Positions 8,453 through 16,548 of a stretch of 20,987 nt of DNA are shown one piece after another. Numbering within the stretch: the first letter of the stretch is position 1; every line of letters begins with the position of its first letter. The stretch is from a virus, in the IMG/VR virus record IMGVR_UViG_3300010338_000848; one strand, given 5' to 3'. The notes beneath the pieces were generated by a model. It was given only the letters and a program-made list of their open reading frames with translations, was not told where the DNA came from and did not search any database. The translations under genes and the position numbers were made by a program.

Positions 8453-9213
8453 TGGTAACCGAAATCGGTGATAGATGGGCGAAAGCAATCAAGAAATCGT
8501 TTATCATCTGGGTCAAAAATGCAAACATAGATGATTCTCCTCCGTTCATCAGACAGCACTTTGATCCATCGATTTTCATAGAAAGATCGTTCAAAGACGC
8601 ATATCTCTACCAGAACAAACGGTTGAAAAAGATCGCAACGGTAGAGTTCGCATACGATCTCATAAGTCCGGAAGCGCTGCGCTGGTTGGAACTCTACGCA
8701 GGCACGCGTGTTCAGTACATCACATCGCAGACGATGTCGCTGATCCGCGAAGTCACCACGCAGGGCATCTTGAAAGGTCTGACGATGCGCGAACAAGCGA
8801 TGCTGATCAGAAATTACATCGGACTGCTGCCACAGCACATGAACGCGCTGGAGCGCTACAAACAGAAATTGATGGATAAGGGGATCGACGTCGAAGACGT
8901 CTCTGAGTTGATAAACAAGCGCAAAAACAAGTTGCTAATGTGGAGAGCAGAGACGATCGCGCTGACTGAAGGACATACCGCTGCAAATGAAGGTCTCAGG
9001 AAGGCAAACGAGGACGCCGTCATTCGCGGAGTCATAGATCCTGCGAAATATAAACGGCAGTGGCTGGTGACACCTGATGAAAGGTTATGCCCGTACTGTA
9101 TGAACATGAGCAAAACGCAGGCTGATTTACCAAATGGGGCGTTCCCGGATGGATCGCGCGGCCCACCAAAACATCCACGGTGCAGATGTACTGAAATCCT
9201 GGTGAAAGTATGA
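8452..9213 (+). CDS. MuF/SPP1 gp7-like minor head protein
   Basis: RAETIALTEGHTAANEG, KRQWLVTPDERLCPYC and PPKHPRCRCT are hallmark Phage_Mu_F motifs. Confidence 0.88.
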   Translation: MVTEIGDRWAKAIKKSFIIWVKNANIDDSPPFIRQHFDPSIFIERSFKDAYLYQNKRLKKIATVEFAYDLISPEALRWLELYAGTRVQYITSQTMSLIREVTTQGILKGLTMREQAMLIRNYIGLLPQHMNALERYKQKLMDKGIDVEDVSELINKRKNKLLMWRAETIALTEGHTAANEGLRKANEDAVIRGVIDPAKYKRQWLVTPDERLCPYCMNMSKTQADLPNGAFPDGSRGPPKHPRCRCTEILVKV

Positions 9214-9554
9214 CGAAAGTTAAAGTCGAATGGAAAAGGCAGTGGGGCGAGGCCACACAGCGCAAGGCCCTTGACGGTATGGAGGAGTGGGCACGTGTTC
9301 TGTGGCTTTCGCAGGCGAAATCCGATTGCCCAGTTGACAAAGGCACGATGCGGAATTCGCTAACCGTGGAGCGATCTGACGCGGAGAAGTGTATATACTG
9401 CGGCGGTGGAGGAGCCGCAAAGAAGTACATCAAACGTCAGGAACTTGATAGATCTCTGCAGCACAAAGTGGGCAAAGCCGGTTTCATTCGGGATAGCGTG
9501 CTCATGCACTTAAATAAACTTCCGAGTTATATTAAAAACAAAGTCGGTGGATAA
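9210..9554 (+). CDS. HK97 gp10-like tail completion/neck protein
   Basis: AKSDCPVDKGTMRNSL matches the PVDTGxLRxS signature; 114 aa. Confidence 0.8.
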   Translation: MTKVKVEWKRQWGEATQRKALDGMEEWARVLWLSQAKSDCPVDKGTMRNSLTVERSDAEKCIYCGGGGAAKKYIKRQELDRSLQHKVGKAGFIRDSVLMHLNKLPSYIKNKVGG

Positions 9555-9556
9555 GT

Positions 9557-9913
9557 ATGTTACTCATGGAAAATGTGGCGGAAGTGCTGAGCAGTTTTTC
9601 TCAACGATACACCATACGCACATATACTCCTGATCCAACTTCAGACAAACAGATCCTCATCATAAAGGGAGGAGGAAGACAGATCAAGGGGCTCGATGGT
9701 AGTGTACAGTACACGACGATGCAGATCCAGGTCTTACACAAAGACAAACGCACCGCTGAAATATCCATGGAGAACATCATAAATGTGTTAGATGGCAACA
9801 CGTCCATAAAGGGCGTGGAAGTCTGCCACTGGTTAGGCGATACGAATTATTGGACGACTGATAACGGTATGCACTGTTTTGCGTCCGAATTCGTATTGAT
9901 TTATGGAAGGTAA
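9557..9913 (+). CDS. Tail terminator protein
   Basis: 118 aa immediately before the tube gene. TMQIQV and DNGMHCFASEF match the QxxVR..DxNGRxxFxxNF pattern of terminators. Confidence 0.7.
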   Translation: MLLMENVAEVLSSFSQRYTIRTYTPDPTSDKQILIIKGGGRQIKGLDGSVQYTTMQIQVLHKDKRTAEISMENIINVLDGNTSIKGVEVCHWLGDTNYWTTDNGMHCFASEFVLIYGR

Positions 9914-9940
9914 TGTTAATAAAATTAAGAGGTGAATAAA

Positions 9941-10333
9941 ATGGTAACACCAACCGCAGCATATAAGGGAGCTCTTTATATCGGTCCGACCGAGATAAAG
10001 GGCGTAACAAATGTGAGGCTAACAGACAAGGATAACACGGTGGACGTAACCGCGCTCGATGATACAGCGCGCATAAAGTTCCCCACGATCCAGGACTGGT
10101 CGCTGTCGTTTGATCTCGTGGCAGTCGACCGGACTGATAGCGGGCAGCTCGCGCTGTTCAATGCGAAAGCAAATCAGACAAAGTCAACGTTTAAGTTGAC
10201 ACTTGATGCATCCGGTACACACTACTACAGTGGCGACGGGTATGTCGAGTCGATTGATATATCTGCGAGCGCTGATGATGTGATCAAGGCGTCTGTGAGC
10301 GTAGTCCCCGCTGGATCGCTAACGTACATATGA
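9941..10333 (+). CDS. Major tail tube protein (130 aa)
   Basis: DVTALDD..FPTIQDWSLSFD..YSGDGYVESIDISASADDVIKASVSV is the TP901-1-type tube pattern. The track's GTG at 9932 lies inside the RBS GAGGTGA, so ATG 9941 is the likely start. Confidence 0.85.
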   Translation: MVTPTAAYKGALYIGPTEIKGVTNVRLTDKDNTVDVTALDDTARIKFPTIQDWSLSFDLVAVDRTDSGQLALFNAKANQTKSTFKLTLDASGTHYYSGDGYVESIDISASADDVIKASVSVVPAGSLTYI

Positions 10334-10358
10334 GCTCACTGAGCTCATTTTATTTTTT
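10330..10358 (+). terminator. Hairpin plus oligo-T, putative terminator/attenuator after the major tube gene
   Basis: ATGAGCTC-ACT-GAGCTCAT (8-bp stem, 10330-10348, includes the TGA stop) followed by TTTATTTTTT. Confidence 0.55.
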
Positions 10359-10370
10359 GGAGTGATATAA

Positions 10371-11057
10371 ATGGTCACGCCTATCACTGGTGTGGATGTT
10401 GTCATAAAGTACACAGAACTCACATCAACATCGATGACAAATGAGCAGATGAGCGTAGTTAATGACGAGTTCCCGGGCGTAACGAACTACACGGTGTACA
10501 GGATCACAAACAGCCTGAAGAGGTATCTGGACGATTCAGTCGTCCCAACATTTCAAAAATCGTTAAACGGTACGGACTGGACTACCATACCGTCATCAGA
10601 CATCGAAGAGATCCAGTATCCTGGAGGCCGACTGGTATTGAAATCTCCGCTGAACGCGGATTATTATGTGAAGTGTTCGTCTGGGAAATATTTCAGCACG
10701 CTGAAGGATATCATATACGCTAAGGCGATCAAGGTCTCGTGGAAGAACGATACATCTGATGTTACGGTGTTCACAAACAACGCCCGTGTAAAGTATCCGG
10801 TGCTCGATGACTGGAGCGCGACGATAGACACCTTCGTGGCGATGGACGAGCTGGGAGACTTTCCACAGTTAGACAACTTGAAAGCGCTGCGCGGCCAGAA
10901 GGTAGTTGTCGTATTTTACTTAGACGAATCAAACGACTTCAAGCTCGAGGGGTATGGATATCTCGAAGGCGCCGATATCAATATGTCGCCAGGTGATGTA
11001 ATCCAGCAACCGATATCGATCGTGGGTAGTGGTAAGCTTTATATGCGATTAGTGTGA
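10371..11057 (+). CDS. Second tail-tube-fold protein with an ~95-aa insertion
   Basis: The C-terminal half aligns by eye with the major tube (DVTVFTNNARVKYPVLDDWSATID versus DVTALDDTARIKFPTIQDWSLSFD; EGYGYLEG..IVGSGKL versus SGDGYVES..VVPAGSL). Confidence 0.75.
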   Translation: MVTPITGVDVVIKYTELTSTSMTNEQMSVVNDEFPGVTNYTVYRITNSLKRYLDDSVVPTFQKSLNGTDWTTIPSSDIEEIQYPGGRLVLKSPLNADYYVKCSSGKYFSTLKDIIYAKAIKVSWKNDTSDVTVFTNNARVKYPVLDDWSATIDTFVAMDELGDFPQLDNLKALRGQKVVVVFYLDESNDFKLEGYGYLEGADINMSPGDVIQQPISIVGSGKLYMRLV

Positions 11058-11076
11058 ATTTTATTACGGTGATAAA

Positions 11077-11469
11077 ATGTTCGTACCGATAATGATCGGA
11101 GAGCTTCAGTACAGAATACGATTCCCGACCAGAGTACAGATCGACATTGAAAAGAACGCAGGAGAATTTTTATTCGGTAATAAAGATCTCAAGGTAACGG
11201 TCTTTGATCTCCTGACGCATATCGGATCCACGTTTGTACAGTCGTATTTGTTATGGAAGGGATTAACGTGGGAACATCCGGAGATGACGTTTGAGGAGGC
11301 ATGTGCGCTCAGGGACGCTTATATCTCCGCGGGCGAGCTCGACAGCGGCGAAAAGCTTACGAAGTTGACTGAAGCGCTCAGTGAGGCTATTCTGATCTCG
11401 TATGGAATCGACCCAAAAAAGATGAAGGAGTCCAGGACGAAGACGGGCAACCGTGGGACTGGACAGTAG
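11077..11469 (+). CDS. Tail assembly chaperone (lambda G-like, 130 aa)
   Basis: Sits between the tube and TMP genes; helical acidic protein (LLWKGLTWEHPEMTFEEAC) ending just after a slippery site. Confidence 0.8.
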   Translation: MFVPIMIGELQYRIRFPTRVQIDIEKNAGEFLFGNKDLKVTVFDLLTHIGSTFVQSYLLWKGLTWEHPEMTFEEACALRDAYISAGELDSGEKLTKLTEALSEAILISYGIDPKKMKESRTKTGNRGTGQ

Positions 11470-11765
11470 CGTATGAAATCAGTATTGGTCAGCTTAATTT
11501 ATCTCCTTCTGAATTTTTTGAGCTCACACCTCATGAGATCAATCTGAAGATTAAAACACATCAGACAAATATTGAAAATTCTTATGTAAGGTTGCATGCG
11601 TTAGGTATGTTGGTGTCGCTGGGTGTGAATTCTCCGAAAGACTATCCGAAGCTTGATAAATTTTTACCGAAGTCAAGCACTGTTAAGAAAATTTCCGAAG
11701 GACAAAAGGCGTACCTGAAGGATCGGGCAGCAATGCGAACAAAATCAAATAAAGAGGGTGATTAA
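11077..11765 (+). CDS. Tail assembly chaperone G-T fusion via programmed -1 frameshift (~229 aa)
   Basis: Slip at A AAA AAG (11415-11421) opens a 114-codon -1 frame (DEGVQDEDGQPWDW..LNLSPSEFFELTPHEI..KEGD, TAA 11763-11765) that fills the gap up to the TMP start. LSPSEFFELTPHEI is typical of T-type segments. Confidence 0.85.
11412..11464 (+). promoter_or_regulatory. -1 ribosomal frameshift signal: slippery C CCA AAA AAG plus downstream stem-loop
   Basis: Heptamers CCCAAAA and AAAAAAG overlap. GTCCAG (11430-35) pairs with CTGGAC (11459-64) and encloses an ACGG-GCAA-CCGT GNRA hairpin (11443-54). Confidence 0.75.
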
Positions 11766-14700
11766 AATACCAGGCGAGCAGGTCGCGGCTGCATATGCCA
11801 AGCTGTCATTAGACGCGGCGGAATTTCTCAGTGGTCTAAATTCCGCGGAATCCAGATTCAAATCTTTTGCCAGTAATGTCGAGAGTACAGGATCGAAGTT
11901 AGGCGCAGTGCTTTCTACGCTCGGAAAGGGGATGGTCGCGGGGATAGCTGCAGCGGGCACCGCTACACTTGGCAGTGTCAAAGCGTTTGCAGATTTTGAA
12001 AAGGGTCTCGCAAGTGTATCAAAAACCACTGGCATGACGGGAAAGGATCTCGAAGCACTGGGAGAATCCTTAAGAGATTTAGCCCGACAGGGTCCCGTCA
12101 CCGTCACCGAGCTGGAAAAAATCGCAGCGACAGCGGGTTCGCTTGGTATCGGCGCACAGAAGATGGCGGCTGGAGACATAGCTGGAGCGCGTGCTGAGAT
12201 CATGGACTTTACGAAGACGATCTCGGACATGGCTGTCGCGTTTGATATGACTGCGGACGCTGTCGCTCCAATGGTCGCATCGATCGCAAACGTCTATAAA
12301 TTACCAACAAATGAGCTGGCGTTGTTTGGCAGTCAGGTGAACGCTCTTGAAAACTCGATGAACGCAACTGCTCCACAGATCCTGGAGTTCGTCAATGCGT
12401 TCGGCGGCACTGCTGCGATGTTTGGAGAAAGTGCGGTGAAGACGGCTGCGTTCGGCGCTGTGTTGAATTCGCTTGGCATAAACGGAGCGGAAGCGGCAAC
12501 TCAGATACGCTCCGGTCTGCTGCAACTGTTACAGTCATATGAAGTCAGCGAGAGCGCCGTTAAAAAGTACGCAAAGGAACATAATGTCTCAATGGAGCAG
12601 GCAGCCGAAGCGCTCAAAATCAATCAGAAAAATGTAGAGAAGTTAGCTCAGGTCATGGGCGTCTCCGCTGATGAAATTCGTGATCGACTGAATAAAGATC
12701 TGTATGGATCACTTGTCTGGATTGGATCAAAGCTGAAGGACATTCAGGGGGATACTGAAGCTGCCGCGATCGTTTCTCAGATATTCGGCACGTATGGTTA
12801 TCAGGCGATGATGAAAATCGGTGAAGGCGCCGAACAATACGATTTCGCGCTGAAGCAGATCCAGGTCGACTCAAAGGGACTTGAGCGAGAGGCTTCGGTC
12901 ATGGCGAACACCATCAGCGGACAGTGGGCACGTCTCAAAAATAATGTGAGAGATGTTGCAATTGAGATCGGCAAAACTGCGTCGGGTCCCGTTCGCGATT
13001 TTCTGGCGCTTATAAACGATCAGGCGATTCCAGCCGTCAAGGATTTTTTCAAAGCGCTTGCGTCGGGAGACTGGAATAAAGTATTCGATATGATAAAATC
13101 AACGGCATCGACCGCGTTCGAAGAAGTCAAGCGCATTGCCACTACCGTGATCGACACCATAAAGAATACGGATTGGGACGCGATCTGGAGCGGTCTGAAA
13201 TCGACTGCGGCGACAGCGTGGGATGGTGTAAAATCGCTGGCGACTGATGCGATAAATGCACTGCGCAATGTTGATTGGAGCGCAGTTTGGAGCAGTTTAA
13301 AGTCGACTGCACAGTCCGCATGGGACGGTGTAAAATCAATCGCGATGACCACAATCGATACACTGAGTAACGTTGACTGGGGGAAGCTATGGAGCACTTT
13401 AAAGTCGAGCGCGGTAACCGCCTGGGAAGGCGTGAAGTCCACTGCGCAGACCGTAATCGATACACTGTCTCAAATTGACTGGAGTAAAATTTTCAGCACT
13501 TTGAAGACAGCGGCAACGACCGCGTTCAACGAAGTCGTTCAGATCGGATCGGGTATATGGTCTGAAATATCTAAGACAGTTAACAGCGTGAACTGGTCTG
13601 ACATTGGTAAGAAGATTGGCGGTCTCGTCAAGAAGGGATTTGAAGAGGTAGCGAAGCTGAACGATTCTCTGCAGAATGATTTAAATCAGGCAATACAGCA
13701 GGGCAAGTTCGAGGACATGGGCGCCAATCTTGGCAAAGCGCTCAGAGGTGGACTGGAGAAGATTTTATCTCTGAAAGGGGAAGGCGGCGGACTTTTTGGA
13801 ATGATTAAAGGAGTTCTGGGGGAAGCCGCGCAGTGGTTTAATTTGGGATACAACGCCGCGGTAGACTTTCTTAGAGGGTTCGTATCTCAGATAGCACTTC
13901 CAATATATGATTCGATTGTTACGCCCGTCATTAACGCTATCAAATCTGTGTTATCATATTTAGGAGGACTGCCTGTTGTTGGTGGGTACTTTGAAGAAGC
14001 GGCATCAAGAGCAGAGGAGTACCGTGATCAGGGCAGAGAAAATATAAAATCGTGGTCAGAAGAAGTCGCGAAATCTGGACGATATAGTGGTGCTACCCCC
14101 ACGCTCCCAACATATACCAGCAGTTATGTTACGCCCGCTAGCAGTTATGTTACGCCCGCTGGACCAACCACAGTCAGTGCTACGCGTAATTTAAATGTGA
14201 TCACAGGTACGACATACACCGGAGAAAAATACGAGTACAAACTGACTGGAGATACTTTTAAAGACGCTTTAAATTTGATAAAGACCGGTCTGAAACCAGA
14301 GCAGGCATGGGCGCTGGCAGGCGGCGGGTCGACTAAAGGCAAAGATTGGGATAAATTCATAGCAATGGCCATACCGGTATACAGAGCAACTGAGGAAGAG
14401 CGCAAAAAATACGAAGAAGAACAGGCGATGAAAAAGGCCGAAGAGGAGAAAAAAGCAGCTGAAGAGGCCGCAAAAACAACTACAGACGCTGCAGAAGATG
14501 CTGCGAAAACCACCACGGAAGCCGCGGAGGAAGAGGCCAAAACAGAACAGACCAGTGCACAAAACGCTGCTCAAGTGCAGCAGAACGCTGCTCAGAATTT
14601 CGCTCAGAAGGCGATGGCCGCCGCAGAAGAGTACAGACAGAAAACGCTCGCAGCAGGCAATTCTGTGGTCGGCGCGGCACAGTACGCTGAGACCTCTCTG

Positions 14701-16548
14701 AAGCTGGGCGCTGAAGTCGGTGGGAAGTTCATCACGAATGCTGGACAGGCTGTAGTCGTATCGTTTGACACTGCGACCAACAAGTTCCAGGCGAACGTCG
14801 GGTCAGTCGGTACATCGTTGAAGCAGTCGGGCGATTACAATCTGATAAAAGCACAGGAAATGGGCGCGGTTATCACCAATTCCGGTAGCGATACCGGATC
14901 GAAGTTGAGCATGGGCGGATCGTCCGCATATTCGAGTTTGCTGTCAGGCGGCACAACCGCGATGAGCTATCTGTCCGCCGGCGGTGCATCTGTCTACCAG
15001 AAGCTCGCATCAATTCCAGACATTGGTGTGAAAATTGCAACTGCTGCGGATTATTTCGCCAGTAAAGTTGTCAGTGCAGCGATATCAGCAGCGTCCGCGA
15101 TATCACATGCGGTGAGCGGTCGTTCAATCGGCGGGGCACTAGGCACCCCAATTCGGTATGCGGAAGGCGGTATCGTATCATCCCCGATCGTAGGACTGAT
15201 AGGGGAGGCCGGAGCGGAGGCTATCGTTCCACTGAAAGATCGAAAAGCAGGATGGAATGTCCTTAGAAAAATTCTGCCGTTGTTTGGGATAAGACCGTTC
15301 GCGGAAGGCGGTATTATTGGAGCTGCTGAAGGTTCTACAGGAAGTGAAACAATATCAGCGAGCTTCCAGATCTCTTATCTAGATCAAGCAGCAGCAGTAT
15401 TCGGTTCAAAACTTCGATACATGTTAAATTACTTCAGAAAGACGATGGACTTAATCCGACTCGATTCCATAAAGAAGTGGAGAGACATCATCGATTCTAG
15501 TACGAAAGTATGGAATGAATTTATTACATCCGTATCACAAAAGTCAATTGAGTTCAGAATGGTAGTCGGTAAAGCATTCTACGATACAGCAACCAGCTTA
15601 ATTGCTACGATAACTGCAGCGAGTATCGAGCTATCTGGAAGATTTGATCTCATGATGACATCATTCAAAGAATCTTCTCAGAGTACTTTTAACATGTTGA
15701 ACTCGATGTTTGAATCTTTTAAGAACGATATTCTACCCGCATTTATAAACGGATGGCAGTCGTCACTTGACACAATGAAGACATCCATGTCCACGACCGT
15801 AACACAAATCACACAAATGTTGAATCAGATCGCACAGGCATTGACACAACTGACCGGTCGACAGTACACCATCAACGTCGGAGCGACCGGTGGTGGGTAT
15901 GGAGGGGGCGGTGGCGGAGGAACTGTGAATTCCTATGGCGGAAGTCAACTCTATGCAGAGAACGCTTTCGCTGAGATCGGAGGGATCTGTCAGGTCGATA
16001 TCAGCGGAATGACACCAGGACTCATACAGTCATTATATTCAAGTGGCGCATGGAAACCAAATGAGTACCCACTGTCTCAACAAATTTATCAATCGATTTT
16101 AGGATCACTTGGACAGCCGTCCGGAGGGGCTACAGGATCTGCACAAAACTGGTCGGTATCTGGAAATACTGTGAACTATTCAAACATTGCATCAAATGTA
16201 TTATCAGCTGCTACAAAAGGTATATCGAAACCGGCAAGTACCAGCGGAGCTGCATCATCAATTTGGTCAGCTGTGACAAAAACTTCAAGCGGTATGCAAA
16301 TAGGATCAACATCGACAAAATCCGTAGTAAAGCTTGGTAAATATCAGCATGGAGGGCTCGCATTAACTCCACAGATCGCAATGATCGCAGAAAGCGGACC
16401 GGAAGCAATCATCCCTATTGAAAAATTATCGAAGTTAAGCGGAGAAGATAATATCATTGTCAATTTATATATGGATGGTCATAAGATAAGTGATGCAGTC
16501 ATGAATCGAGCAGCGAGAACCCTGAAGTCAAGAGGGATCAAGATATGA
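11758..16548 (+). CDS. Tape measure protein (~1593-1596 aa; start GTG 11758 or ATA 11767)
   Basis: N-terminal TP901-type core (FADFEKGLASVSKTTGM..VTELEKIAATAGSLGI), Trp-periodic repeats, and a C-terminal HGG..AESGPEAIIPI..IVNLYMDGHKI motif. Confidence 0.93.
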   Translation: MIKIPGEQVAAAYAKLSLDAAEFLSGLNSAESRFKSFASNVESTGSKLGAVLSTLGKGMVAGIAAAGTATLGSVKAFADFEKGLASVSKTTGMTGKDLEALGESLRDLARQGPVTVTELEKIAATAGSLGIGAQKMAAGDIAGARAEIMDFTKTISDMAVAFDMTADAVAPMVASIANVYKLPTNELALFGSQVNALENSMNATAPQILEFVNAFGGTAAMFGESAVKTAAFGAVLNSLGINGAEAATQIRSGLLQLLQSYEVSESAVKKYAKEHNVSMEQAAEALKINQKNVEKLAQVMGVSADEIRDRLNKDLYGSLVWIGSKLKDIQGDTEAAAIVSQIFGTYGYQAMMKIGEGAEQYDFALKQIQVDSKGLEREASVMANTISGQWARLKNNVRDVAIEIGKTASGPVRDFLALINDQAIPAVKDFFKALASGDWNKVFDMIKSTASTAFEEVKRIATTVIDTIKNTDWDAIWSGLKSTAATAWDGVKSLATDAINALRNVDWSAVWSSLKSTAQSAWDGVKSIAMTTIDTLSNVDWGKLWSTLKSSAVTAWEGVKSTAQTVIDTLSQIDWSKIFSTLKTAATTAFNEVVQIGSGIWSEISKTVNSVNWSDIGKKIGGLVKKGFEEVAKLNDSLQNDLNQAIQQGKFEDMGANLGKALRGGLEKILSLKGEGGGLFGMIKGVLGEAAQWFNLGYNAAVDFLRGFVSQIALPIYDSIVTPVINAIKSVLSYLGGLPVVGGYFEEAASRAEEYRDQGRENIKSWSEEVAKSGRYSGATPTLPTYTSSYVTPASSYVTPAGPTTVSATRNLNVITGTTYTGEKYEYKLTGDTFKDALNLIKTGLKPEQAWALAGGGSTKGKDWDKFIAMAIPVYRATEEERKKYEEEQAMKKAEEEKKAAEEAAKTTTDAAEDAAKTTTEAAEEEAKTEQTSAQNAAQVQQNAAQNFAQKAMAAAEEYRQKTLAAGNSVVGAAQYAETSLKLGAEVGGKFITNAGQAVVVSFDTATNKFQANVGSVGTSLKQSGDYNLIKAQEMGAVITNSGSDTGSKLSMGGSSAYSSLLSGGTTAMSYLSAGGASVYQKLASIPDIGVKIATAADYFASKVVSAAISAASAISHAVSGRSIGGALGTPIRYAEGGIVSSPIVGLIGEAGAEAIVPLKDRKAGWNVLRKILPLFGIRPFAEGGIIGAAEGSTGSETISASFQISYLDQAAAVFGSKLRYMLNYFRKTMDLIRLDSIKKWRDIIDSSTKVWNEFITSVSQKSIEFRMVVGKAFYDTATSLIATITAASIELSGRFDLMMTSFKESSQSTFNMLNSMFESFKNDILPAFINGWQSSLDTMKTSMSTTVTQITQMLNQIAQALTQLTGRQYTINVGATGGGYGGGGGGGTVNSYGGSQLYAENAFAEIGGICQVDISGMTPGLIQSLYSSGAWKPNEYPLSQQIYQSILGSLGQPSGGATGSAQNWSVSGNTVNYSNIASNVLSAATKGISKPASTSGAASSIWSAVTKTSSGMQIGSTSTKSVVKLGKYQHGGLALTPQIAMIAESGPEAIIPIEKLSKLSGEDNIIVNLYMDGHKISDAVMNRAARTLKSRGIKI
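13069..13578 (+). repeat. Five 34-aa (102-nt) degenerate coding repeats in the TMP
   Basis: DW dipeptides start at 13069, 13171, 13273, 13375 and 13477; consensus DWxxxWSxLKSxAxxAWxGVKSxAxxxIxxL. Confidence 0.9.
14119..14160 (+). repeat. Perfect 21-nt tandem duplication (SSYVTPA x2)
   Basis: AGCAGTTATGTTACGCCCGCT at 14119-14139 and 14140-14160. Confidence 0.97.

Noticed and set aside
11467-11547. Amber readthrough extension of the chaperone
   Set aside because: It adds only about 25 residues before a TGA, whereas the -1 frame explains the region fully.
13069-13578. Regular ~100-nt repeats as a CRISPR array
   Set aside because: The repeats are degenerate in-frame coding units with no identical direct repeats or unique spacers.
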